Shown here: piece after piece, positions 22,876-32,243 of the stretch
Layout: each line of letters opens with the position of its first letter
How positions within the stretch are numbered: position 1 is the first letter of the stretch
The notes under the pieces: model-generated
Told to the model about the DNA's origin: nothing
What the model saw: the letters and a program-made list of their open reading frames with translations, nothing else
Database searches by the model: none
Origin: Candidatus Eiseniibacteriota bacterium
Lineage (GTDB): Bacteria; Eisenbacteria; RBG-16-71-46
Length of the DNA stretch: 64,000 nucleotides
NCBI GenBank assembly: GCA_963707915.1
Contig: OY970178.1
Location: 2,944,001-3,008,000 of the forward strand
Direction of reading: 5' to 3'
Program-made: the position numbers and the translations under genes

Positions 22876-23514
22876 ATGCACCTGGCCGTCGCGTACCTCG
22901 CTCTCGTCATCGCGATCCTCCGCCCGCCCGTTGGCCCCACCCCACTCGCGCAGGCCGGGTCCGGCCTGCTGCTCAACGAGTTCGTCGCCGGACCGGCGCG
23001 GGACTGGGACGGCAACGGGACGGTCTCGACCCGTGACGACGAGTGGATCGAGGTCTACAACGCCGGACCCGAGACGCTCGACCTCTCGTCCTTCCTGCTC
23101 ACCGACGGCGACCGGCTGCCGCGCTACGCCTTCGGCGGTACGCTGGCGGTCGGCGAACGGCGGGTGGTGTTCGGCAAGCAGTCCTACGACTGGGAGAAGG
23201 CCAACGGCCACCCGGCCTACGGGCTCTCGCTCTCGAACACCAGCGACACCGTGATGCTCTGGCAGGTCACCGGGACCGACACGCTGCTGGTGGACTCCTA
23301 CGCCTACCTGAGCCACGAGGCCGCCGCCGACCGCTCCGTGGGGCGCAGGCCGGACGGCGGGCCCTGGGCGCTCTTCGACGGGCTCAACCCCTACGTCGGC
23401 ACCACGCCGCCGCTGGGCACGAACTGCATGCCCACGCCCGGGCTCGCCAACGTCTGCGACGACACCCCGGCACAGGCCCCGACCTGGGGGAGGCTCAAGA
23501 GCCGGTACCGGTGA
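22876..23514 (+). CDS. Secreted lamin-tail domain protein with C-terminal TWGRLKSRYR tail
   Basis: LLLNEFVA and DEWIEVYNAG LTD motifs; LSLSNTSDTV; PTPGLAN. Confidence 0.8.
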   Translation: MHLAVAYLALVIAILRPPVGPTPLAQAGSGLLLNEFVAGPARDWDGNGTVSTRDDEWIEVYNAGPETLDLSSFLLTDGDRLPRYAFGGTLAVGERRVVFGKQSYDWEKANGHPAYGLSLSNTSDTVMLWQVTGTDTLLVDSYAYLSHEAAADRSVGRRPDGGPWALFDGLNPYVGTTPPLGTNCMPTPGLANVCDDTPAQAPTWGRLKSRYR

Positions 23515-23678
23515 TCGGATACGTCCCGCCGGCAAACGGAGCGGGCCGCGCACGGGGCTCATGATGGCTCCGGGGGACGGCTCGATGCCGACGCTGATCG
23601 TGGGGTACGCCATCGAGCGGGCCGAGCCCTGAGCGGGCGGGCCCACGGGGCCTGCCCGGGAGCGGCTCCGGATGACAT

Positions 23679-23717
23679 GGCGAGGGCGTCGCGAACCCGG
23701 TCCGCGACGCCCTCGCC
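23679..23717. terminator. Hairpin between convergent genes
   Basis: GGCGAGGGCGTCGCG...CGCGACGCCCTCGCC, a 15-bp perfect stem. Confidence 0.6.
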
Positions 23718-23733
23718 CCATCCTTCGATCGAG

Positions 23734-24702
23734 CTACTTGTACAGCGCCTTGAGCTGACCCCAGGTGGTGGTCTTCGCGGCCACCGGGATCGTGCCGAAC
23801 ACCTGGATGCGGTGATTGCCGCTGTCCGACACGAAGATGTTGCCGCTGGCATCCACGGCCACGCCGGTCGGGGTCCGGAGCTGGCCGTCCCCGCTGCCCA
23901 GGACGCCCCACTTGGCGACGAAGGCGCCGCTGCTGCTGAGCTTCTGGATCCGGTTGTTGCCGCTGTCCGCGACGTAGAGGTTGCCCTCGGCGTCCACCGC
24001 CATGCCCCGCGGGCTGTAGAACTTCCCGTCGGTGGAGCCCGGACCCGGGTAGCCCCAGTAGTCGAGTTCATTGCCGTCGCCGTCGAAGATCTCGATGTAG
24101 TGGGTGTTCGAGCACGAGACGAAGACGTTGCCGGATCCATCCGCCGCCACGCCCCACGGGTTCTCGCCGAACACGCCCCACTGCGTCACGTAGACGCCTT
24201 CGCCGGTGAACCGCTGGATGCGCTTGTTGTAGTAGTCCGCGACGTAGACGTTGGTCCCGCTGGGATCGACCGCCACGCCCCTGGGGTAGTTGAACTGCCC
24301 GTTCCCCGTGCCGCGGGAGCCCCACTGGGTCAGACGGGTGCCACTGCTGGTGTACTTCACGATGCGATTGTTGTAGGTGTCCGCGACGTAGACGTTGCCG
24401 CTGCCGTCGATCGCCACGGCCGAGGGGTAGTTGAACTGCCCGATCCCGGTGCCGGGCATGCCCCACTGGGTCAGGAAGCCGCCCAGGGCGTCGAACTCCT
24501 GGATGCGGTAGTTGCTGGCGTCTGCCACGTAGAGGTTGCCGGTCGCGTCGATGGCCACCCCCTGCGGGCTGTTGAACTGCCCGGCCCCGCTACCGAGGGT
24601 GCCCCACTGCCTCAGGTAGTCGTACTGTGCGTTCGCCACGGCGGGAAGCAGTGCGGCGGCGAGGACCAGGGTGAGCAGAAGACGAGTAGCGCGCGTTTTC
24701 AT
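23734..24702 (-). CDS. Secreted NHL-repeat beta-propeller protein with C-terminal TWGQLKALYK tail
   Basis: About 6 repeats of GQFNxPxGVAVDxxGNxYVADxxNxRIQ; signal peptide; GGAGG RBS. Confidence 0.92.
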   Translation of the reverse strand: MKTRATRLLLTLVLAAALLPAVANAQYDYLRQWGTLGSGAGQFNSPQGVAIDATGNLYVADASNYRIQEFDALGGFLTQWGMPGTGIGQFNYPSAVAIDGSGNVYVADTYNNRIVKYTSSGTRLTQWGSRGTGNGQFNYPRGVAVDPSGTNVYVADYYNKRIQRFTGEGVYVTQWGVFGENPWGVAADGSGNVFVSCSNTHYIEIFDGDGNELDYWGYPGPGSTDGKFYSPRGMAVDAEGNLYVADSGNNRIQKLSSSGAFVAKWGVLGSGDGQLRTPTGVAVDASGNIFVSDSGNHRIQVFGTIPVAAKTTTWGQLKALYK

Positions 24703-25180
24703 GGCGACCTCCGAGGGGTAGAAGTAGGAGTGGACCGGCCGAACTGGCCCGGTCGATGAACCAATTGTTGCACGCCCGATGCTGGGGCCTGTCCGAGTAG
24801 TGCCCGGCGCAGGAAAACGGCCACCAAGATGGCCTGATGCGCTACGACCGCGGGTCGGGGGTGCCCGGTTGCCCGGCGCCGAAGCGCCGGGAGTCAGTCC
24901 GTGTCCGTCCGCGGGCAATTGCCGGGTCCCGTCTCCCGGCATCATCGCGCTGTTGATCCGCCCGGAACGACTTCGACTCAGCTTGCGCCGACGGTCAGGG
25001 GGTGCCGTGGGACGCGGCCGCGGCCGAGGAGAGGGAGGGCCAAACCCTGGCCGTTGGGCCAATGATACACCCCGGTTGAGTGCGGTACCAGCCCAATCTC
25101 CCCCGATCTGCCCCGACCGGCGGATCGCGCGGCGCCGTCCGGAGCCCCTCCGGCGGTGGGCGGGGCCGGCCCGGCCCGCG

Positions 25181-25210
25181 TTGACGCTCGGCGCCCCGAG
25201 ACCCTATAGT
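25181..25210 (+). promoter_or_regulatory. sigma70 promoter for tRNA-Leu/smpB (TTGACG-N18-TATAGT)
   Basis: Near-consensus hexamers directly upstream of the tRNA. Confidence 0.75.
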
Positions 25211-25228
25211 CCTGCCCGCCGTTCATCT

Positions 25229-25315
25229 GCGGAAGTGGCGGAACTGGCAGACGCACATGATTCAGGGTCATGCGCCCGCAAGGGTGTGGGGGTTCAAATC
25301 CCCCCTTCCGCACCA
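25229..25315 (+). tRNA. tRNA-Leu(CAG)
   Basis: GCGGAAG/CTTCCGC acceptor stem; CATGA-TTCAGGG-TCATG anticodon arm; long variable arm; GGTTCAAATC; encoded CCA. Confidence 0.97.
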
Positions 25316-25408
25316 AACTCCCACCTCTCGGGTGGACGCCTTCCCGCCACCGGGCGGGTCAAGGCGGTCGTGTCCGTCCCACCGCCGGACCCGCGGACGG
25401 TTCCTGCC

Positions 25409-25912
25409 ATGACTCGTGAAGAACGCAGACCGGCCACCGAGCGGACCCGGGGACCCTCGCCCGAGGACCGCCTGGTCGCGCAGAACCGGCGCGCAAGCCA
25501 CGACTATTTCATCCTCGAGACCTACGAAGCGGGCCTGGTGCTGCGCGGCACCGAGGTCAAGAGCCTGCGCGGGGGCAAGGCCAGCCTGGCCGAGGCCTAC
25601 GCCACGGTGGATGGCAGCGAGGCCTGGGTGCTGCAGCTGCACATCCCGCCCTACGAGCAGGGCAACCGCGCGAACCCCGACCCGCTGCGCAAGCGCAAGC
25701 TCCTGCTGCACCGCGCGCAGATCGCCGAGCTGAAGGACGCGGTGGCGCGCAAGGGCCAGACGCTGGTGCCGCTCAAGCTCTACTTCGCGCGGGGCAACGC
25801 CAAGCTCCTGATCGGCGTGGGCAAGGGCAAGAAGAACGTCGACAAGCGCCACGCGATCGCCGAGCGTGACGCGAAGCGCGAGATGGACCGCGCACGGCGA
25901 GGCTCGCGCTGA
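25409..25912 (+). CDS. smpB: SsrA-binding protein
   Basis: NRRASHDYFILETYEAGLVLRGTEVKSLR, RKRKLLLH and GKGKKNVDKR. Confidence 0.97.
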   Translation: MTREERRPATERTRGPSPEDRLVAQNRRASHDYFILETYEAGLVLRGTEVKSLRGGKASLAEAYATVDGSEAWVLQLHIPPYEQGNRANPDPLRKRKLLLHRAQIAELKDAVARKGQTLVPLKLYFARGNAKLLIGVGKGKKNVDKRHAIAERDAKREMDRARRGSR

Positions 25913-27411
25913 CCGCGAACGCGGCGCCGCCGGGACCCCCGGACCCGCGCATCGCGCGGGCACGCCGAGCGCGGGCGAGGGCGCCGCGCCGCCTCGCGCT
26001 CGGCGCGGGCGCGCTGCTGCTCGCGCTGGCGGCCGGTGCGCCGCCGGCGGCGCGGACCGCCCCGCCGGCCACCGCCGGGGCCCCGCAGATCCCGTTCCCG
26101 GCGCTGGAGTCGGCGCCGGTGTCACGCACCGGGGACGTGGCGCACATCGGTGCGAACGACCTCGCGCGCCTGCTCGAGGCGACCAAGTTCTGGCGCTCCG
26201 ATCTGCGCAAGCTCGTGCTGCGTGCGGGCCCGCACCGGGTGACGCTCGCCGCGGACAATCCCTTCGCCGTCGTGGACGACCGCACCGTGTGGCTGCGCGC
26301 CCCGGTGACGTCGCGGCGCGGCGAGCTGCAGGTGCCGGTCGCGCTGCTCGACCAGCTGCCCCGCGACAGCACGCTCGCGCGGCTGATCTTCGAGCCCCGC
26401 CGCGGCGTCGTGGTCCGGGTGCCGCGCGGCGGCCTGGTGCGGAGTCCCGAGGTGACCGCCGGCGACACGCTGACGCGCGTGGTGTTCCCGGCCGAGCGCG
26501 TGCCGGAGCTCGCGGTGGTGGGCCGGGCGCGGGGCCACTTCCGCGTGCGCCTGGCCGGGACGTTCGTGGGCGCGGTGCCCGAGTCGCTGCCGCCCGCCAG
26601 CCTGGTGCGGCGGATCACCGCGCTCGGGTCGGCCTCGGGCAGCGTCTTCGAGCTGGAGGTGGCGTCCGGCGCGGCGGGCTACCGGCTGCGGCCCGCCGCG
26701 ACCGATGCCGCACCCGGTGCGCTGACCCTCGAGTTCCCGCGCGCGTGGCGCGCCGGGCTCGAGGAATTCGCACTCGAGGCCCGGCCGTCGCGCGTGCGGG
26801 TGATCGTGCTCGACCCGGGCCACGGCGGCCCCGACGCGGGCGTGACGGTGGGGACCGACGTCGAGAAGGACCTCGCGCTGGCGCTCGCGCGGCTGGTGCG
26901 CACCGAGCTCGCGCTCCGTCTCGGGGCGCAGGTCGTGCTGACGCGCGACCAGGACCGGGCGCTGACGCCCGAGCAGCGCGCCGAGATCGCGAACCGCGCG
27001 CGCGCCGACCTGGTGGTGTCGCTCCACTTCGACGCGGTACCGGGCACCCAGCGCTCGGGCGCGACGGCGTGGTGCCCGCCCGCCGGGGTCGGCGCGCGCG
27101 ACGGTCCGCTCTCGCCGCGCGCGCCCCTGGTGCTGCTGCCGTGGCGCGAGGTCGCGCTGCGCCGGGCGGTGCTGGGCCGCGCGGCCGCGGAGGCGGTCCT
27201 GGGCGCGCTGGACGCGGCCGGCGCGGGGCCGGTGCGGCTGCGCGAGCGACTCATGGTGCCCCTGCTCGGGGTGGACGCGGCAGGCCTCGTGCTCGACTGC
27301 GCGACGCTCAGCGCGATCCCCGACCGGCTCCGCGTGGAGGACCCGCGCGGGCTGCAGGAACTGGCCGCCGCCATCGCCGCGGGCGTGGCGCGCTGGGCGG
27401 CGGGCGGATGA
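25909..27411 (+). CDS. N-acetylmuramoyl-L-alanine amidase (Amidase_3); probable CTG start, first conventional start is GTG 26119
   Basis: IVLDPGHGG, EKDLAL, RAEIAN and VSLHFDA; the in-frame signal peptide lies upstream of 26119. Confidence 0.8.
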   Translation: MTANAAPPGPPDPRIARARRARARAPRRLALGAGALLLALAAGAPPAARTAPPATAGAPQIPFPALESAPVSRTGDVAHIGANDLARLLEATKFWRSDLRKLVLRAGPHRVTLAADNPFAVVDDRTVWLRAPVTSRRGELQVPVALLDQLPRDSTLARLIFEPRRGVVVRVPRGGLVRSPEVTAGDTLTRVVFPAERVPELAVVGRARGHFRVRLAGTFVGAVPESLPPASLVRRITALGSASGSVFELEVASGAAGYRLRPAATDAAPGALTLEFPRAWRAGLEEFALEARPSRVRVIVLDPGHGGPDAGVTVGTDVEKDLALALARLVRTELALRLGAQVVLTRDQDRALTPEQRAEIANRARADLVVSLHFDAVPGTQRSGATAWCPPAGVGARDGPLSPRAPLVLLPWREVALRRAVLGRAAAEAVLGALDAAGAGPVRLRERLMVPLLGVDAAGLVLDCATLSAIPDRLRVEDPRGLQELAAAIAAGVARWAAGG

Positions 27412-28001
27412 GCCGGGTCCCCGCGAGCGAGACTCCCGTGCGCCCACGGCGTGGCGCGCGCGTGGCGTGGCTCATCCTTGGCGGGCTGATTCTCGCTGTG
27501 CTAGCGTGGGCCGCGTGGCGCTGGAGCCGTCGCGACGGCGAGGTGACGGTCGTGGATACCGCGGCCGCGGACTCCGCGGGCACCGGCTTCCAGTCGGCGC
27601 GGCTCTGGTTCGTGACGCGCGAAGGCGAGGCGCTGGTGAGCGAGCCGCGCGAGGTCATCCAGCAGGCCGGGCTGCACGACCGCGTCGCGACGCTGCTGGA
27701 GGAGCTGGTGCGGGGGCCGACGGGCGCGGGCCTGACGCTGCTGCCCGCGGGGACGACGCTGCGGCACGCCTACCTGGACGACCGCGGGCTGCTCACGCTG
27801 GACCTGTCGGGCGCGTTCCGCACCGGGTTCCGCGGCGGAGCGGGGGCCGAGGAACTGGCGGTGGGCGCGCTGGTGCGCACGCTGGGCGACAACCTGCCCG
27901 AGGTGAAGCGCGTGACGATCGTGTGCGAGGGCGTCCCGCTGGCGAGCCTGGGCGGGCACCTGCCGCTCGACCGGCCGCTCGAGCTCGCGGACTGGCCATG
28001 A
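27408..28001 (+). CDS. GerMN domain membrane-anchored protein
   Basis: N-terminal TM; LLEELVRGP, LPAGT, LDLSGAF, TLGDNLPEVKRV and SLGGHL; typical position between amidase and murI. Confidence 0.85.
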   Translation: MSRVPASETPVRPRRGARVAWLILGGLILAVLAWAAWRWSRRDGEVTVVDTAAADSAGTGFQSARLWFVTREGEALVSEPREVIQQAGLHDRVATLLEELVRGPTGAGLTLLPAGTTLRHAYLDDRGLLTLDLSGAFRTGFRGGAGAEELAVGALVRTLGDNLPEVKRVTIVCEGVPLASLGGHLPLDRPLELADWP

Positions 28002-28020
28002 GAGCTGGGGGAGGAGCGGC

Positions 28021-28896
28021 GTGAGCGAGACCGGCGATCCACGGCCCATCGGGGTGTTCGACTCGGGCCTCGGCGGGTTGACCGCCGTGCGCGAGTTGTT
28101 CCGCGTGCTGCCCGGCGAGAGCGTGGTCTACTTCGGTGACACGGCGCGCGTGCCCTACGGCAGCAAGTCGCGCGAGACGGTGACGCGCTTCAGCCTCGAG
28201 ATCGCGCGCTTCCTCCTGCGCCAGGACATCAAGTGCCTGCTGGTGGCGTGCAACACCGCCTCCTCGTACGCGCTCGACACGCTCAAGCAGCGCTTCGAGA
28301 TCCCGGTGGTGGGGGTGATCGACCCGGCCGCGGGCGTCGCGGTCACCGGGGACGGCCGCGCGGCGCCGGTCGCGGGCGGCGCGCCGCCGCCGCGCATCGG
28401 TGTCATCGGCACGCAGGCCACGGTCGCCAGTGGCGCCTACGCCCGCGCGCTGGAGCAACTCGCCCCCGGCGTCACGGTGCTCTCGCGGGCCTGCCCGCTG
28501 TTCGTGCCGCTCATCGAGGAGGGCTGGCTCGACCACCCGGTGCTGCGCCAGGTGGCCGAGGAGTATCTCGGCGCCCTGCGCGACGAGCGGCTCGACGGCC
28601 TGATCCTCGGCTGCACGCACTACCCGCTGATCGCGCCCCTGCTGCAGGACGTCATCGGGGCCCGCGTGCGGCTCATCGACTCGGGCGCGGAGGCCGCGCT
28701 CGCCACCGCCGGCCTGTTGCGCCGCCGCGGCCTGCTCGCCGGTGCGGACCGCGCGCCGCGACACCACTTCTACCTGAGCGACCAGCGGCTCGACTTCGAG
28801 CGCGTCGCCCGGGCCTTCCTGGGACGCGAACTGCCGCCCACCGCGATCGTGGACCAGACCGACCTGCCGTGGTTCGAGCGTTCGATCCCGCATTGA
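28021..28896 (+). CDS. murI: Glutamate racemase
   Basis: [28 protein letters not shown] and LILGCTHYP. Confidence 0.97.
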   Translation: MSETGDPRPIGVFDSGLGGLTAVRELFRVLPGESVVYFGDTARVPYGSKSRETVTRFSLEIARFLLRQDIKCLLVACNTASSYALDTLKQRFEIPVVGVIDPAAGVAVTGDGRAAPVAGGAPPPRIGVIGTQATVASGAYARALEQLAPGVTVLSRACPLFVPLIEEGWLDHPVLRQVAEEYLGALRDERLDGLILGCTHYPLIAPLLQDVIGARVRLIDSGAEAALATAGLLRRRGLLAGADRAPRHHFYLSDQRLDFERVARAFLGRELPPTAIVDQTDLPWFERSIPH

Positions 28897-28957
28897 GCGG
28901 TACCGGCGCCCGTCCGGCCGCCGCCTGGCGCGGGCCCCCGCAAGAGAGGAGTCCTTC

Positions 28958-29731
28958 GTGACCGAGATGCCCGGGCCCGACCCCGCCGGCGCCGAGTCCG
29001 TCCGGGTCCGCCCCGACGGCCGCGCGCCGCGCGCGATGCGCCCGCTGAAGATCGAGCGCGGCGCCCTGCCCACCGCGGAGGGCTCGGCGCTGGTGACGAT
29101 GGGGCGCACGCGCGTGCTGTGCAGCGCGACGGTCGAGGACCGCGTCCCGGGATGGATGCGCGGCAAGAGCGGCGGCTGGGTGACCGCCGAGTACGGCATG
29201 CTGCCGCGGGCGACCACCGACCGCACGCCGCGCAGCGCGCAGGCCGGCGGCCGCACCCACGAGATCCAGCGCCTGATCGGGCGCTCGCTGCGCGCGGTCA
29301 CCGACCTCAAGGCCTTCGGCGAGCGCACCGTCATCCTCGACTGCGACGTGCTCGAGGCCGACGCCGGGACGCGGACGGCGGCGATCAACGGCGCCTTCGT
29401 CGCGCTGCACGACGCGTTCCTGAAGCTCTCGAACGCGGGCCAGCTGAAGCGCCCGCCGTTCCGGGACACGGTCGCGGCGATCTCGGTGGGCCTGGTCGCG
29501 GGCGTGCCCTGCCTGGACCTCTGCTATGCCGAGGACTCGAAGGCCGAGGTGGACATGAACGTGGTGATGACCGGGGCGGGGCGCTTCGTCGAGGTCCAGG
29601 GCACGGGGGAGAGCACCACCTTCGACGCGGCGGAGCTGCGCGCGCTGCTCGCGCTCGCGCGTCTCGGCATCCGCCGGGTCACCGCCTCCCAGCGCCGGCT
29701 GCTCGGGGACTCCGGGCTGCTGCCGGGCTGA
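28958..29731 (+). CDS. rph: Ribonuclease PH
   Basis: [36 protein letters not shown] and EVQGTGE. Confidence 0.97.
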   Translation: MTEMPGPDPAGAESVRVRPDGRAPRAMRPLKIERGALPTAEGSALVTMGRTRVLCSATVEDRVPGWMRGKSGGWVTAEYGMLPRATTDRTPRSAQAGGRTHEIQRLIGRSLRAVTDLKAFGERTVILDCDVLEADAGTRTAAINGAFVALHDAFLKLSNAGQLKRPPFRDTVAAISVGLVAGVPCLDLCYAEDSKAEVDMNVVMTGAGRFVEVQGTGESTTFDAAELRALLALARLGIRRVTASQRRLLGDSGLLPG

Positions 29732-29781
29732 GCGCGGGCATCCCGGCGCCGGGACCGCCGGCGCGCACCCGGAGGGACCTC

Positions 29782-30387
29782 GTGGACTTCGTCCTCGCCA
29801 CCTTCAACCGTGACAAGCTGCGGGAGCTCGCCGTACTGCTGGACCTGCCCGGCGTCGCGCTGCACGCGCTCTACGACGTGCCCGGTGCGGTCGCGCCCGA
29901 GGAGACCGGGACCACGCTGCGCGAGAACGCGCTGCTGAAGGCGCGCGCGGCGCTGGCGCTCACGGGCCGGCCGGCGCTCGCCGACGACACCGGCCTCGAG
30001 GTGGACGCGCTCGGCGGACGGCCCGGCCTCCACGCCGCGCGCTACGCCGGCCCGCGCGCCACCTATGCCGACAACCGCGCGAAGCTGCTGGCCGAGCTGG
30101 ACGGGGTCGAGCCCGCGCGCCGTACCGCGCGCTTCCGCTGCGCCTGCGTGGCCTGCCTGCCGGACGGGCGCGAGCTGGTGGCCGAGGGCGTGCTCGAGGG
30201 CCGCATCGCGGCGGCGCCGCGCGGGGAGAGCGGGTTCGGCTACGATTCCCTGTTCGAGGTCGGGGACCTGGGCCGCACCATGGCCGAGCTGTCCGAGGCC
30301 GAGAAGAACGCGCTGTCGCACCGCGCCCGCGCGGTGCACGCGCTGGCGGCACTGCTGACGCGGGCGCTGCCCGGGCTCGGGGGCTGA
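29782..30387 (+). CDS. rdgB: Non-canonical purine NTP pyrophosphatase (RdgB/HAM1)
   Basis: LATFNRDKLRE, ADDTGLEVDALGG, GFGYD and KNALSHR; GGAGG RBS before GTG 29782. Confidence 0.95.
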   Translation: MDFVLATFNRDKLRELAVLLDLPGVALHALYDVPGAVAPEETGTTLRENALLKARAALALTGRPALADDTGLEVDALGGRPGLHAARYAGPRATYADNRAKLLAELDGVEPARRTARFRCACVACLPDGRELVAEGVLEGRIAAAPRGESGFGYDSLFEVGDLGRTMAELSEAEKNALSHRARAVHALAALLTRALPGLGG

Positions 30388-30400
30388 GCGGGGGGCTTCG

Positions 30401-30461
30401 CGCGCAGAAGAGACGAGCCCGCGGCGGGGATCCCCTGTCGCGGGCTCGTCTCTTCTGCGCG
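30401..30461. terminator. Long inverted repeat, probable bidirectional terminator
   Basis: 23-bp perfect arms CGCGCAGAAGAGACGAGCCCGCG and its complement, between convergent genes. Confidence 0.75.
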
Positions 30462-30469
30462 TCCGCGCG

Positions 30470-32179
30470 CTACCTGATCACCGCCACCCGCGTCACTCGC
30501 GCGTTCGCGCCCTGCGTCAGCCGCACCAGGTAAAGCCCGGGCGCGAGCCGTGCGCCCTCGCCGAGGTCGAGCGCGTGGGGGCCGGCGCCGAGCGAGCCGA
30601 CCTCGCGGGCGGCCACGCGCCGGCCGGCGACGTCGAGCAGCTCGAGCGCGGCGGGCGCGTCGCCCGCGAGCGCGAAGCGCACGGTCAGCGCGCTGCCGCT
30701 GCGCGCGGGGTTCGGGCGCACCGGCTCGAGCGCGAACGCGGGCGCGGCGCCGTGCGTGCCCGGGACGTCGGCGGTGCCGGGATTGCCGTCCTGGTCCACC
30801 CGCTGGGCGTAGATGTCGCCGCCGCCGCTGCGCCCGTCGGCCCAGGCGGCGATGATCCCGCGCGCGCCGTCCGACACCGCGCTCCCCAGCACCTGCGAGC
30901 CCGCGGCGGAGCAGACCGGCATGCCGCCGGCGCCCCACAGCACGGTGCCGTCGCCGGCGACCTGCTGGGCGTAGACGTCCTGGGTCGCGTTGCGCGAGTC
31001 GGTCCAGGCGACGAGCGCGCCGCCCGCGCCGTTCGCGACGATGGCGGGGTACCACTGGGTGCCGGGGGCGGTGCACAGCGCCACGCCGTTGGCGGCCCAC
31101 TGGACCGCGCCGGCGGCCGAGAGCTTCTGCGCGTAGATGTCGTAGCTGGCGCCGCGCTGGTCGAACCACGCGACGATGGCCGTGCCCGAGGCATCGGCCA
31201 CGATGGCCGGGTAGTACTGGTGGCCGGCGGCGGTACAGAGCGCCACGCCGTTGGCGGTCCACTGGACCGTGCCGGCGGGCGAGATCCGCTGGGCGTAGAC
31301 GTCGTAGTCGCTGCCGCGCTGGTCGAACCAGGTGACGATCGCCCCGGACCCGGCGGCCGGGCTGTCGGCGGCGATGGCGGGGGAGTACTGGCCGCCGGCC
31401 GCGGCGCAGATGGCCACGCCGCCGGCGGTCCACTGGACCGCGCCGGCGGCCGAGACCTTCTGCGCGTAGATGTCGTAGTTGCCGGCGCGGTAGTCGTCCC
31501 ACGCGACGATGGCCCCGCCCGCGCCGTCCGCGGTCATGGCGAGGCTCTCCTGCCAGCCGGCGGCGGTGCAGAGCGCCACGCCGTCGGCGGTCCACTGGAC
31601 CGCGCCGGCGGCCGAGATGCGCTGGGCGTAGACGTCGTCGTCGCTGCTGCTGCGCTGGTCCTGCCAGGCGACGATGGCCCCGCCCGCGCCGTCGGGAGCG
31701 ATGACCGGGCTCCACTGGTTGCCGGCGGCGGCGCAGAGGGCCACGCCGTCGGCGGTCCACTGGATCGCGCCGCCGGCCGAGACGCGCTGGGCGTAGACGT
31801 CGTACCCGGCGCCGCCGCGGTCGTCCTGCCAGGCGACGATGGCGCCTCCCGTGCCGTCCGGGGCGATGGCGGGGGCCAGCTGGTTGCCGACGATGGTGCA
31901 CAAGGCGACACCGTCGGCGGTCCACAGCACCGTGCCCGTGGCCGAGATCCGCTGGGCGTAGATGCCGCCGTAACCGTTGCGGCGGTCGACCCAGGTGACG
32001 ATGGCCCCGCCCGCGCCGTCCGAGACGCTTGCGGGGTGGTCCTGCTCGCCGGCCGCGGTGCAGATCGGTACGTTCACGGTGGGGTCGGTGGGCCAGGCGG
32101 CGAGGCCGGGGCGCGGCAGCAGGAACACGAGAGCGAACAGCCCCGCGCGGACGAAGATGGACGCTCTGGTGCCAGGCAT
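30470..32179 (-). CDS. Secreted tandem-repeat (probable beta-propeller) protein with T9SS-like C-terminal domain
   Basis: 8 repeats of about 55 aa (WTADGVALCxAAGxQxxPxIxxDGAGGAIVAWxDxRxxxxDxYAQR); tail VRPNP...LDVAGRRV...PGLYLVRL. Confidence 0.85.
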   Translation of the reverse strand: MPGTRASIFVRAGLFALVFLLPRPGLAAWPTDPTVNVPICTAAGEQDHPASVSDGAGGAIVTWVDRRNGYGGIYAQRISATGTVLWTADGVALCTIVGNQLAPAIAPDGTGGAIVAWQDDRGGAGYDVYAQRVSAGGAIQWTADGVALCAAAGNQWSPVIAPDGAGGAIVAWQDQRSSSDDDVYAQRISAAGAVQWTADGVALCTAAGWQESLAMTADGAGGAIVAWDDYRAGNYDIYAQKVSAAGAVQWTAGGVAICAAAGGQYSPAIAADSPAAGSGAIVTWFDQRGSDYDVYAQRISPAGTVQWTANGVALCTAAGHQYYPAIVADASGTAIVAWFDQRGASYDIYAQKLSAAGAVQWAANGVALCTAPGTQWYPAIVANGAGGALVAWTDSRNATQDVYAQQVAGDGTVLWGAGGMPVCSAAGSQVLGSAVSDGARGIIAAWADGRSGGGDIYAQRVDQDGNPGTADVPGTHGAAPAFALEPVRPNPARSGSALTVRFALAGDAPAALELLDVAGRRVAAREVGSLGAGPHALDLGEGARLAPGLYLVRLTQGANARVTRVAVIR

Positions 32180-32243
32180 GCTGCGGTCTCCGGGATGTCG
32201 ATTCAGGCTGGCGGGCGGATCCGATGCATAGAGTCTAGCCCTG

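Noticed and set aside
24769..24784. sigma54-like site upstream of the NHL gene (minus strand CAGCATCGGGCGTGCA)
   Set aside because: The invariant -24 GG reads AG.
24703..25180. 480-bp intergenic region as an ncRNA or small gene
   Set aside because: No recognisable RNA family, RBS-led ORF or convincing long-range structure. It is probably divergent promoter DNA.
30790..32095. Regularly spaced near-identical DNA repeats that could suggest a CRISPR array or DGR
   Set aside because: The period is about 165 bp and in frame within a protein. There are no unique spacers, no cas genes, no reverse transcriptase and no adenine-specific TR/VR pair.
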